From assembly GCF_023055435.1 (NCBI RefSeq), contig NW_025963857.1:23498001-23562000 (forward strand): 64,000 nucleotides of DNA, read 5' to 3'. Origin of the DNA: Haliotis rufescens (taxonomy: Eukaryota). Position 1 is the stretch's first letter. Every line of letters begins with the position of its first letter. The position numbers and the translations under genes are program-made. Of this stretch, positions 11,855 to 25,230 are shown piece after piece. The notes under the pieces are model-generated. The model was not told the origin of the DNA. It did not search any database and saw nothing but the letters and a program-made list of their open reading frames with translations.

Positions 11855-14800
11855 TTTGAGTATCTATTGAGTAACGGGAAAATTATTGTCAAGAAAGGTA
11901 AAATAGCATGTTATCGTTACTCATCTGGTAAATTCAGTTCACACCACTCATTGTGAATTATGTTATCAGTTTTGCTTTCACCCGCATTCATATATTTCTC
12001 AATTTACAAGAACGTCTTATGTTACATATTCGGACTTTTATGAATTGGCTCAACATAAAGATTGAAAACAGCCTGATGCGCAGCAGATGAATCAAAAATT
12101 AAAAGTATACATATATATCACAAGCAAAATTTAAATTAGTACTTGCAGTTTGGTCTTTACTCGTATCTGTGTCTCAACGGCAGGTGAAGATAAGAGATGA
12201 TGGAACAGTTTCCCCCGTCCTTTGTATATACCATTTGTGAATTATACGTGATTGATTTACCTTGGGCTGACCACTTCCAGGTAAGTAACGCACCTCAGCT
12301 TAATGGTGTAAAGTAAGCATTCTTTTCGCATCAAAGGGCCCGAGGTTATCACCCTACGGGTACACATGCGAGCTGGTATCCATGAACATCGATTAAGGAA
12401 GTACAAGACAACGTATATAAAGGTGGCAAACAGACACACTCTCTCTGGCATCGTCGAACTGCATTTCAAACAGTCCTCGATACTCAATGTTTAACCTATA
12501 TTATTTAGGGTTTGTCGGGTAGCCTAGTGGTTAAAGCGTTCGCTCGTTACGCCGAAGACACGGGTTCGATTTCCGACATGGGTACAATGTGTGTAGCCCA
12601 TTGCTGGTGTCCCCCGCCGTGATATTGCTGGAATATTGCTAAAAGTGGCGTAAAACCATACTCACTCACTCACTTTAACCTATATTAAGTAAATATTCGA
12701 TAATGGTCTGAAAAGTGTGTATCCAGTAAATATATGATGTGGGAGCAACATACATCAGACATTATAATGCATCTGTGTGATACGACATAACATGAGACCA
12801 GAAAACTGATGCAACATACAAGTACAGCCTCGCCACAGTACAGCAGTAGCATTGTACCACACGAGGTCAACTATGCTAACCGTCTCCGTGTAATACAGCA
12901 GCCTGCTCACAAGAAAATAGCTTCTGCTGAATATACTGCAGAAGTCCCCAGATACTACATTATTCTCCCCGAATTTTATTTATCTTACTGCACAATAACT
13001 ATAAACTACAACAGCTTTATTTCCTAACTGAAAGGGACATATATTGGTTTCTTCTCACAAAGGGACTGTCACTATGAATACTCACAACACCTTTATATGT
13101 GTGTAGTATCTGTTAAAAGCCGAAAGTACACCAGTGTCTTCTGAAAACATGATTGACATATGAACAACAGCTTGTTTTCTCGTCTTTGTTGACTTGTCTT
13201 TGTATGTGTTTGTGACGGTAGAACCGATGGGGCAGGATACGCTTACTTTTTGGCAACCGCCAGGTATCATCACTATCTGATTGGTTAGTTGGTTGGTTGG
13301 TTGTTTAACGCTGCACTCAGCAATATATTACTGCTATATGACGGCGGTCTGTAAATAATCGAGTCTGGACCAGACAATCCAGTGATTAAAATCATTAGCA
13401 TCGATCCACCCAATTGGGATCGATGACATGCATCAACCAAGTCAGCGAGCCTGACCACCCGATCCCGTTAGTCGCCTTTTACGACAAGCATAGTCACCTT
13501 TTACGGCAAGCATGGGTTGCTGAAGACCTATTCTACCCCGGAATCCACTATCTGATAGTCATTCATACGCACATGCTGTGATCATTATAGTCGGAATCGT
13601 ACAATGGCCTCTGCTTCGAGCAGAGCTTTCGAATGATTCTGAAAAGGGTTTTGTGGCGTTTATTTGCAACTGCGTTTCTTGAGAGAACTCTCTTACCTTC
13701 AACATATCATCTTGGTAATTGTACACTTCATTATCAAGGAATTTGTGATAATACGAGCATCACTAAATTTGATATCTCAATTTTTATAGATAACGCCTGA
13801 ATATTGATATAATAATCATTCAATGATGACCCTTTAACTACATAAATCGTCAACGACAGAGAATATTCAGGCTCGATTATCTGTTGAAACAGATTTCATT
13901 GGGTGTAAAAGGCAAGATTGTGCTAAAATGTATACTGAATATCAGTGATGTCACCAGGTGTTAGTGAATAGTTCATATTTGTTGGATGTTTCATGAGCTC
14001 CTCCGTCCGTTCCATCGTGTGCCAAATTGGGAGAATGTTGTCTTTTGACAATGTCTCAGCCATTCATACTTTTGCATATATACTTAATCACTGTTGCAAA
14101 TAACTCACTTTAACGTGTTTTAATCTTCGGCTGAGTCTTAGGTCGTAAACATTAGAAGAAAGTATATAAATCGTCTCTACCCTTTACGTATGCCCTTGAC
14201 ATGATGAAGCAGTAGTGATAGTGATGATTGTGTTCTTTTAAGTCGTGTTTAGACCAAAACTCTTACCAAGAATAAAACACGCGCAAATCAGTTTGACAAT
14301 GTGTAACTATATAAGGGTTGCCCAGAAAAACCGTACATCTAAAAGTAAAGACGTGTGTTTTCAGAAGAAAATGCTCTTAAAGTATAACACAAAGGTGTTT
14401 TCAAAGATAGACATGATCAAACGACTTGTTTTTACAGTCTGGTTGTTGTTATAAAGACTTATGACACGCTTTAAAGTTGGACCATTTATTCCGCTGAATT
14501 TCACTCTCTACAGTTACCAAATGCAATCTCCTTTGTATTGATAAATGATTGTCACTTCTGCTTTGTAATCAAACAAAAGGGATATATTAGCTATTTGTTT
14601 GTTCATTGTAATCTTCAATCCTACCAATCCAGTTCGGAATCTTCAAATTCGCGCTCTGATTTAATCAATATGTATTTTACAAATAGCGCCTACAGGGAAG
14701 GTGGTTAGTAAACACACAACTAAATATCTATATGATACTTCTCCTATTAATTACATAAGCAGTATGCAAAATGTTAAATTGCATCATCAAATCAAGAAGT

Positions 14801-15696
14801 ACATGTTTGATGGAAATTACAAATAATTCGTAGTTTGATAAGCTATACCCGGACAAGCGTATTTAATAGATATTTTTGAATTCAATCGTTTTGTTTGTGT
14901 AATTGATAAACTGTAAAGATATGTTATTGTCATGGAAATTCCAACTGTATGCATTCCCTTCTAACCAAAGCAGTAAGAATCTTGCAACATTTGTTTTGAT
15001 GCTCTACATCACTATGGCTTTCGGGTTTGTTTTATTGCAGCAGCTCAGATATTATTTATACAAAGCGCCATAACAACATGTAGATTGTATTCTGAATACA
15101 ACTTTCGCTCATTTTCAAGGACAGCGCACACATTTGCATTTCAATACAGTGCACACTGTCTACCCCTTGATACCGTCAATGACTGCTTTGACAAAAATTG
15201 ACACGCCTGCTTATTTGTTTCGCTGCATGTTTTTAAAATGCAAATTGAAATACAGACAGCCAATTCCAGATATTATGGTACTTCAAATGGCCATCAAACC
15301 CTTTCCTGGCAGCCCAAATGATACATTCCCGTGAAACATGAACTCGGGTAAGTGATATTTGGTGGGAGATATATCAAGCATAAAATCCCTCCTCTTATCA
15401 TCATGTCCGGTTTCTTCAGGAACTTAATAGCACATTTCAGTAGTTGATATCTTAGCTAGCAGTAAAACGCAATATCATTGAAGTGTGCTTGGATATTGGT
15501 CGACAACACGTACTATGTCCAGAGTTTACAATATGGAGAAACATAGATCACTCTTCCATTGTGAACATTCAATTCAGATTAAGATTTTCAAACAAATTTC
15601 AAGGCGTAAATAAATATGACAAGATTTTATTGAACCAATTCCATTGGTTTGAGAAAATACATAAATAGCCAGCATCACACTGCAGGTGATAATAAC

Positions 15697-16313
15697 TCAA
15701 TAATAGCCGATACCTGAAACAAAAAAATAGTAGAATAAAGTTGGGATGTATGGATAAGTCACAACGAAGTCTTGAAACTAGCTGCATGATAAACTATACC
15801 AAATATTAGAGAAAGCAGAGAATAGTTTTAAAGATGTTTTGTAAATGTCATCAGCTTTGTCGCTGAAAATAGTAATACCACATAGGTAAATTATGCAATT
15901 TTACAAACGAGACTGGAGGTATATTTAAGGATACGATAAACAAATGATATCATATTTTGTGAAATACCTTTTCCCAATCCAATTCCGTATCCTCCCATTC
16001 CGTAGAGACCACCATAGCCCCCGAGTCCTCCGTACAGACCTCCCATGCCGTATCCGTATTTGCCTCCGTATAGACCTCCCATGCCTCCGTATATACCTCC
16101 CATGCCTCCGTATAGACCTCCCATGCCTCCGTATAGACCTCCATAGCCTCCAAGACCTCCAAGACCTCCAAGGCCTCCGTACAATCCACCCATTCCGTAG
16201 CCAATTCCGCCCAGTCCTCCTTTCAACCCGCCAATTCCACCATACAGACCGGTAGGCTCGGCAAAGGCGGTAACAGCCAGGCAGGCAACAAGAGCGGCGA
16301 CTATCTTCATCAT
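15697..16313 (-). CDS. Secreted Gly/Tyr-rich protein, copy 4 (120 aa); coding exons 16313-15968 and 15713-15697
   Basis: Spliced protein is identical to copy 2; splice sites are intact. Confidence 0.9.
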
Positions 16314-19300
16314 TTTGAGTATCTATTGAGTAACGGGAAAATTATTGTCAAGAAAGGTAAAATAGCATGTTATCGTTACTCATCTGGTAAATTCAGTTCA
16401 CACCACTCATTGTGAATTATGTTATCAGTTTTGCTTTCACCCGCATTCATATATTTCTCAATTTACAAGAACGTCTTATGTTACATATTCGGACTTTTAT
16501 GAATTGGCTCAATATAAAGATTGAAAACAGCCTGATGCGCAGCAGATGAATCAAAAATTAAAAGTATACATATATATCACAAGCAAAATTTAAATTAGTA
16601 CTTGCAGTTTGGTCTTTACTCGTATCTGTGTCTCAACGGCAGGTGAAGATAAGAGATGATGGAACAGTTTCCCCCGTCCTTTATATATACCATTTGTGAA
16701 TTATACGTGATTGATTTACCTTGGGCTGGCCACTTCCAGGTAAGTAACGCACCTCAGCTTAATGGTGTAAAGTAAGCATTCTTTTCGCATCAAAGGGCCC
16801 GAGGTTATCACCCTACGGGTACACATGCGAGCTGGTATCCATGAACATCGATTAAGGAAGTACAAGACAACGTATATAAAGGTGGCAGACAGACACACTC
16901 TCTCTGGCATCGTCGAACTGCATTTCAAACAGTCCTCGATACTCAATGTTTAACCTATATTATTTAGGGGCGGTCGGGTAGCCTAGTGGTTAAAGCGTTC
17001 GCTCGTTACGCCGAAGACACGGGTTCGATTTCCGACATGGGTACAATGTGTGTAGCCCATTGCTGGTGTCCGCCGCCGTGATATTGCTGGAATATTGCTA
17101 AAAGCGGCGTAAAACCATACTCACTCACTCACTTTAACCTATATTAAGTAAATATTCGATAATGGTCTGAAAAGTGTGTATCCAGTAAATATATGATGTG
17201 GGAGCAACATACATCAGACATTTTCATGCATCTGTGTGATACGACATAACATGAGACCAGAAAACTGATGCAACACACCAGTACAGCCTCGCCACAATAC
17301 AGCAGTAGCACTGTACCACACGAGGTCAACTATGCTAACCGTCTCCGTGTAATACAGCAGCCTGCTCACAAGAAAATAGCTTCTGCTGAATATACTGCAG
17401 AAGTCCCCAGATACTACATTATTCTCCCCGAATTTTATTTATCTTACTGCACAATAACTATAAACTACAACAGCTTTATTTCCTAACTGAAAGGGACATA
17501 TATTGGTTTCTTCTCACAAAGGGACTGTCACTATGAATACTCACAACACCTTTATATGTGTGTAGTATCTGTTAAAAGCCGAAAGTACACCAGTGTCTTC
17601 TGAAAACATGATTGACATATGAACAACAGCTTGTTTTCTCGTCTTTGTTGACTTGTCTTTGTATGTGTTTGTGACGGTAGAACCGATGGGGCAGGATACG
17701 CTTACTTTTTGGCAACCGCCAGGTATCATCACTATCTGATTAATTAGTCGGTTGGTTGGTTGTTTAACGCTGCACTCAGCAATATATTACTGCTATATGA
17801 CGGCGGTCTGTAAATAATCGAGTCTGGACCAGACAATCCAGTGATTAAAATCATTAGCATCGATCCACCCAATTGGGATCGATGACATGCATCAACCAAG
17901 TCAGCGAGCCTGACCACCCGATCCCGTTAGTCGCCTTTTACGACAAGCATAGTCACCTTTTACGGCAAGCATGGGTTGCTGAAGACCTATTCTACCCCGG
18001 AATCCACTATCTGATAGTCATTCATACGCACATGCTGTGATCATTATAGTCGGAATCGTACAATGGCCTCTGCTTCGAGCAGAGCTTTCGAATGATTCTG
18101 AAAAGGGTTTTGTGGCGTTTATTTGCAACTGCGTTTCTTGAGAGAACTCTCTTACCTTCAACATATCATCTTGGTAATTGTACACTTCATTATCAAGGAA
18201 TTTGTGATAATACGAGCATCACTAAATTTGATATCTCAATTTTTATAGATAACGCCTGAATATTGATATAATAATCATTCAATGATGACCCTTTAACTAC
18301 ATAAATCGTCAACGACAGAGAATATTCAGGCTCGATTATCTGTTGAAACAGATTTCATTGGGTGTAAAAGGCAAGATTGTGCTAAAATGTATACTGAATA
18401 TCAGTGATGTCACCAGGTGTTAGTGAATAGTTCATATTTGTTGGATGTTTCATGAGCTCCTCCGTCCGTTCCATCGTGTGCCAAATTGGGAGAATGTTGT
18501 CTTTTGACAATGTCTCAGCCATTCATACTTTTGCATATATACTTAATCACTGTTGCAAATAACTCACTTTAACGTGTTTTAATCTTCGGCTGAGTCTTAG
18601 GTCGTAAACATTAGAAGAAAGTATATAAATCGTCTCTACCCTTTACGTATGCCCTTGACATGATGAAGCAGTAGTGATAGTGATGATTGTGTTCTTTTAA
18701 GTCGTGTTTAGACCAAAACTCTTACCAAGAATAAAACACGCGCAAATCAGTTTGACAATGTGTAACTATATAAGGGTTGCCCAGAAAAACCGTACATCTA
18801 AAAGTAAAGACGTGTGTTTTCAGAAGAAAATGCTCTTAAAGTATAACACAAAGGTGTTTTCAAAGATAGACATGATCAAACGACTTGTTTTTACAGTCTG
18901 GTTGTTGTTATAAAGACTTATGACACGCTTTAAAGTTGGACCATTTATTCCGCTGAATTTCACTCTCTACAGTTACCAAATGCAATCTCCTTTGTATTGA
19001 TAAATGATTGTCACTTCTGCTTTGTAATCAAACAAAAGGGATATATTAGCTATTTGTTTGTTCATTGTAATCTTCAATCCTACCAATCCAGTTCGGAATC
19101 TTCAAATTCGCGCTCTGATTTAATCAATATGTATTTTACAAATAGCGCCTACAGGGAAGGTGGTTAGTAAACACACAACTAAATATCTATATGATACTTC
19201 TCCTATTAATTACATAAGCAGTATGCAAAATGTTAAATTGCATCATCAAATCAAGAAGTACATGTTTGATGGAAATTACAAATAATTCGTAGTTTGATAA

Positions 19301-20155
19301 GCTATACCCGGACAAGCGTATTTAATAGATATTTTTGAATTCAATCGTTTTGTTTGTGTAATTGATAAACTGTAAAGATATGTTATTGTCATGGAAATTC
19401 CAACTGTATGCATTCCCTTCTAACCAAAGCAGTAAGAATCTTGCAACATTTGTTTTGATGCTCTACATCACTATGGCTTTCGGGTTTGTTTTATTGCAGC
19501 AGCTCAGATATTATTTATACAAAGCGCCATAACAACATGTAGATTGTATTCTGAATACAACTTTCGCTCATTTTCAAGGACAGCGCACACATTTGCATTT
19601 CAATACAGTGCACACTGTCTACCCCTTGATACCGTCAATGACTGCTTTGACAAAAATTGACACGCCTGCTTATTTGTTTCGCTGCATGTTTTTAAAATGC
19701 AAATTGAAATACAGACAGCCAATTCCAGATATTATGGTACTTCAAATGGCCATCAAACCCTTTCCTGGCAGCCCAAATGATACATTCCCGTGAAACATGA
19801 ACTCGGGTAAGTGATATTTGGTGGGAGATATATCAAGCATAAAATCCCTCCTCTTATCATCATGTCCGGTTTCTTCAGGAACTTAATAGCACATTTCAGT
19901 AGTTGATATCTTAGCTAGCAGTAAAACGCAATATCATTGAAGTGTGCTTGGATATTGGTCGACAACACGTACTATGTCCAGAGTTTACAATATGGAGAAA
20001 CATAGATCACTCTTCCATTGTGAACATTCAATTCAGATTAAGATTTTCAAACAAATTTCAAGGCGTAAATAAATATGACAAGATTTTATTGAACCAATTC
20101 CATTGGTTTGAGAAAATACATAAATAGCCAGCATCACACTGCAGGTGATAATAAC

Positions 20156-20772
20156 TCAATAATAGCCGATACCTGAAACAAAAAAATAGTAGAATAAAGT
20201 TGGGATGTATGGATAAGTCACAACGAAGTCTTGAAACTAGCTGCATGATAAACTATACCAAATATTAGAGAAAGCAGAGAATAGTTTTAAAGATGTTTTG
20301 TAAATGTCATCAGCTTTGTCGCTGAAAATAGTAATACCACATAGGTAAATTATGCAATTTTACAAACGAGACTGGAGGTATATTTAAGGATACGATAAAC
20401 AAATGATATCATATTTTGTGAAATACCTTTTCCCAATCCAATTCCGTATCCTCCCATTCCGTAGAGACCACCATAGCCCCCGAGTCCTCCGTACAGACCT
20501 CCCATGCCGTATCCGTATTTGCCTCCGTATAGACCTCCCATGCCTCCGTATATACCTCCCATGCCTCCGTATAGACCTCCCATGCCTCCGTATAGACCTC
20601 CATAGCCTCCAAGACCTCCAAGACCTCCAAGGCCTCCGTACAATCCACCCATTCCGTAGCCAATTCCGCCCAGTCCTCCTTTCAACCCGCCAATTCCACC
20701 ATACAGACCGGTAGGCTCGGCAAAGGCGGTAACAGCCAGGCAGGCAACAAGAGCGGCGACTATCTTCATCAT
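20156..20772 (-). CDS. Secreted Gly/Tyr-rich protein, copy 5 (120 aa); coding exons 20772-20427 and 20172-20156
   Basis: Spliced protein is identical to copy 2; splice sites are intact. Confidence 0.9.
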
Positions 20773-23700
20773 TTTGAGTATCTATTGAGTAACGGGCAAA
20801 TTATTGTCAAGAAAGGTAAAATAGCATGTTATCGTTACTCATCTGGTAAATTCAGTTCACACCACTCATTGTGAATTATGTTATCAGTTTTGCTTTCACC
20901 CGCATTCATATATTTCTCAATTTACAAGAACGTCTCATGTTACATATTCGGACTTTTATGAATTGGCTCAATATAAAGATTGAAAACAGCCTGATGCGCA
21001 GCAGATGAATCAAAAATTAAAAGTATACATATATATCACAAGCAAAATTTAAATTAGTACTTGCAGTTTGGTCTTTACTCGTATCTGTGTCTCAACGGCA
21101 GGTGAAGATAAGAGATGATGGAACAGTTTCCCCCGTCCTTTATATATACCATTTGTGAATTATACGTGATTGATTTACCTTGGGCTGGCCACTTCCAGGT
21201 AAGTAACGCACCTCAGCTTAATGGTGTAAAGTAAGCATTCTTTTCGCATCAAAGGGCCCGAGGTTATCACCCTACGGGTACACATGCGAGCTGGTATCCA
21301 TGAACATCGATTAAGGAAGTACAAGACAACGTATATAAAGGTGGCAGACAGACACACTCTCTCTGGCATCGTCGAACTGCATTTCAAACAGTCCTCGATA
21401 CTCAATGTTTAACCTATATTATTTAGGGGCGGTCGGGTAGCCTAGTGGTTAAAGCGTTCGCTCGTTACGCCGAAGACACGGGTTCGATTTCCGACATGGG
21501 TACAATGTGTGTAGCCCATTGCTGGTGTCCGCCGCCGTGATATTGCTGGAATATTGCTAAAAGCGGCGTAAAACCATACTCACTCACTCACTTTAACCTA
21601 TATTAAGTAAATATTCGATAATGGTCTGAAAAGTGTGTATCCAGTAAATATATGATGTGGGAGCAACATACATCAGACATTTTCATGCATCTGTGTGATA
21701 CGACATAACATGAGACCAGAAAACTGATGCAACACACCAGTACAGCCTCGCCACAATACAGCAGTAGCACTGTACCACACGAGGTCAACTATGCTAACTG
21801 TCTCCGTGTAATACAGCAGCCTGCTCACAAGAAAATAGCTTCTGCTGAATATACTGCAGAAGTCCCCAGATACTACATTATTCTCCCCGAATTTTATTTA
21901 TCTTACTGCACAATAACTATAAACTACAACAGCTTTATTTCCTAACTGAAAGGGACATATATTGGTTTCTTCTCACAAAGGGACTGTCACTATGAATACT
22001 CACAACACCTTTATATGTGTGTAGTATCTGTTAAAAGCCGAAAGTACACCAGTGTCTTCTGAAAACATGATTGACATATGAACAACAGCTTGTTTTCTCG
22101 TCTTTGTTGACTTGTCTTTGTATGTGTTTGTGACGGTAGAACCGATGGGGCAGGATACGCTTACTTTTTGGCAACCGCCAGGTATCATCACTATCTGATT
22201 GGTTAGTTGGTTGGTTGGTTGTTTAACGCTGCACTCAGCAATATATTACTGCTATATGACGGCGGTCTGTAAATAATCGAGTCTGGACCAGACAATCCAG
22301 TGATTAAAATCATTAGCATCGATCCACCCAATTGGGATCGATGACATGCATCAACCAAGTCAGCGAGCCTGACCACCCGATCCCGTTAGTCGCCTTTTAC
22401 GACAAGCATAGTCACCTTTTACGGCAAGCATGGGTTGCTGAAGACCTATTCTACCCCGGAATCCACTATCTGATAGTCATTCATACGCACATGCTGTGAT
22501 CATTATAGTCGGAATCGTACAATGGCCTCTGCTTCGAGCAGAGCTTTCGAATGATTCTGAAAAGGGTTTTGTGGCGTTTATTTGCAACTGCGTTTCTTGA
22601 GAGAACTCTCTTATCTTCAACATATCATCTTGGTAATTGTACACTTCATTATCAAGGAATTTGTGATAATACGAGCATCACTAAATTTGATATCTCAATT
22701 TTTATAGATAACGCCTGAATATTGATATAATAATCATTCAATGATGACCCTTTAACTACATAAATCGTCAACGACAGAGAATATTCAGGCTCGATTATCT
22801 GTTGAAACAGATTTCATTGGGTGTAAAAGGCAAGATTGTGCTAAAATGTATACTGAATATCAGTGATGTCACCAGGTGTTAGTGAATAGTTCATATTTGT
22901 TGGATGTTTCATGAGCTCCTCCGTCCGTTCCATCGTGTGCCAAATTGGGAGAATGTTGTCTTTTGACAATGTCTCAGCCATTCATACTTTTGCATATATA
23001 CTTAATCACTGTTGCAAATAACTCACTTTAACGTGTTTTAATCTTCGGCTGAGTCTTAGGTCGTAAACATTAGAAGAAAGTATATAAATCGTCTCTACCC
23101 TTTACGTATGCCCTTGACATGATGAAGCAGTAGTGATAGTGATGATTGTGTTCTTTTAAGGCGTGTTTAGACCAAAACTCTTACCAAGAATAAAACACGC
23201 GCAAATCAGTTTGACAATGTGTAACTATATAAGGGTTGCCCAGAAAAACCGTACATCTAAAAGTAAAGACGTGTGTTTTCAGAAGAAAATGCTCTTAAAG
23301 TATAACACAAAGGTGTTTTCAAAGATAGACATGATTAAACGACTTGTTTTTACAGTCTGGTTGTTGTTATAAAGACTTATGACACGCTTTAAAGTTGGAC
23401 CATTTATTCCGCTGAATTTCACTCTCTACAGTTACCAAATGCAATCTCCTTTGTATTGATAAATGATTGTCACTTCTGCTTTGTGATCAAACAAAAGGGA
23501 TATATTAGCTATTTGTTTGTTCATTGTAATCTTCAATCCTACCAATCCAGTTCGGAATCTTCAAATTCGCGCTCTGATTTAATCAATATGTATTTTACAA
23601 ATAGCGCCTACAGGGAGATGGTTAGTAAACACACAACTAACTATCTATATGATACTTCTCCTATTAATTACATAAGCAGTATGCAAAATGTTAAATTGCA

Positions 23701-24613
23701 TCATCAAATCAAGAAGTACATGTTTGATGGAAATTACAAATAATTCGTAGTTTGATAAGCTATACCCGGAAAAGCGTATTTAATAGATATTTTTGAATTC
23801 AATCGTTTTGTTTGTGTAATTGATAAACTGTAAAGATATGTTATTGTCATGGAAATTCCAACTGTATGCATTCCCTTCTAACCAAAGCAGTAAGAATCTT
23901 GCAACATTTGTTTTGATGCTCTACATCACTATGGCTTTCGGGTTTGTTTTATTGCAGCAGCTCAGATATTATTTATACAAAGCGCCATAACAACATGTAG
24001 ATTGTATTCTGAATACAACTTTCGCTCATTTTCAAGGACAGCGCACACATTTGCATTTCAATACAGTGCACACTGTCTACCCCTTGATACCGTCAATGAC
24101 TGCTTTGACAAAAATTGACACGCCTGCTTATTTGTTTCGCTGCATGTTTTTAAAATGCAAATTGAAATACAGACAGCCAATTCCAGATATTATGGTACTT
24201 CAAATGGCCATCAAACCCTTTCCTGGCAGCCCAAATGATACATTCCCGTGAAACATGAACTCGGGTAAGTGATATTTGGTGGGAGATATATCAAGCATAA
24301 AATCCCTCCTCTTATCATCATGTCCGGTTTCTTCAGGAACTTAATAGCACATTTCAGTAGTTGATATCTTAGCTAGCAGTAAAACGCAATATCATTGAAG
24401 TGTGCTTGGATATTGGTCGATAACACGTACTATGTCCAGAGTTTACAATATGGAGAAACATAGATCACTCTTCCATTGTGAACATTCAATTCAGATTAAG
24501 ATTTTCAAACAAATTTCAAGGCGTAAATAAATATGACAAGATTTTATTGAACCAATTCCATTGGTTTGAGAAAATACATAAATAGCCAGCATCACACTGC
24601 AGGTGATAATAAC

Positions 24614-25230
24614 TCAATAATAGCCGATACCTGAAACAAAAAAATAGTAGAATAAAGTTGGGATGTATGGATAAGTCACAACGAAGTCTTGAAACTAGCT
24701 GCATGATAAACTATACCAAATATTAGAGAAAGCAGAGAATAGTTTTAAAGATGTTTTGTAAATGTCATCAGCTTTGTCGCTGAAAATAGTAATACCACAT
24801 AGGTAAATTATGCAATTTTGCAAACGAGACTGGAGGTATATTTACGGATACGATAAACAAATGATATCATATTTTGTGAAATACCTTTTCCCAATCCAAT
24901 TCCGTATCCTCCCATTCCGTAGAGACCACCATAGCCCCCGAGTCCTCCGTACAGACCTCCCATGCCGTATCCGTATTTGCCTCCGTATAGACCTCCCATG
25001 CCTCCGTATATACCTCCCATGCCTCCGTATAGACCTCCCATGCCTCCGTATAGACCTCCATAGCCTCCAAGACCTCCAAGACCTCCAAGGCCTCCGTACA
25101 ATCCACCCATTCCGTAGCCAATTCCGCCCAGTCCTCCTTTCAACCCGCCAATTCCACCATACAGACCGGTAGGCTCGGCAAAGGCGGTAACAGCCAGGCA
25201 GGCAACAAGAGCGGCGACTATCTTCATCAT
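24614..25230 (-). CDS. Secreted Gly/Tyr-rich protein, copy 6 (120 aa); coding exons 25230-24885 and 24630-24614
   Basis: Spliced protein is identical to copy 2; splice sites are intact. Confidence 0.9.
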
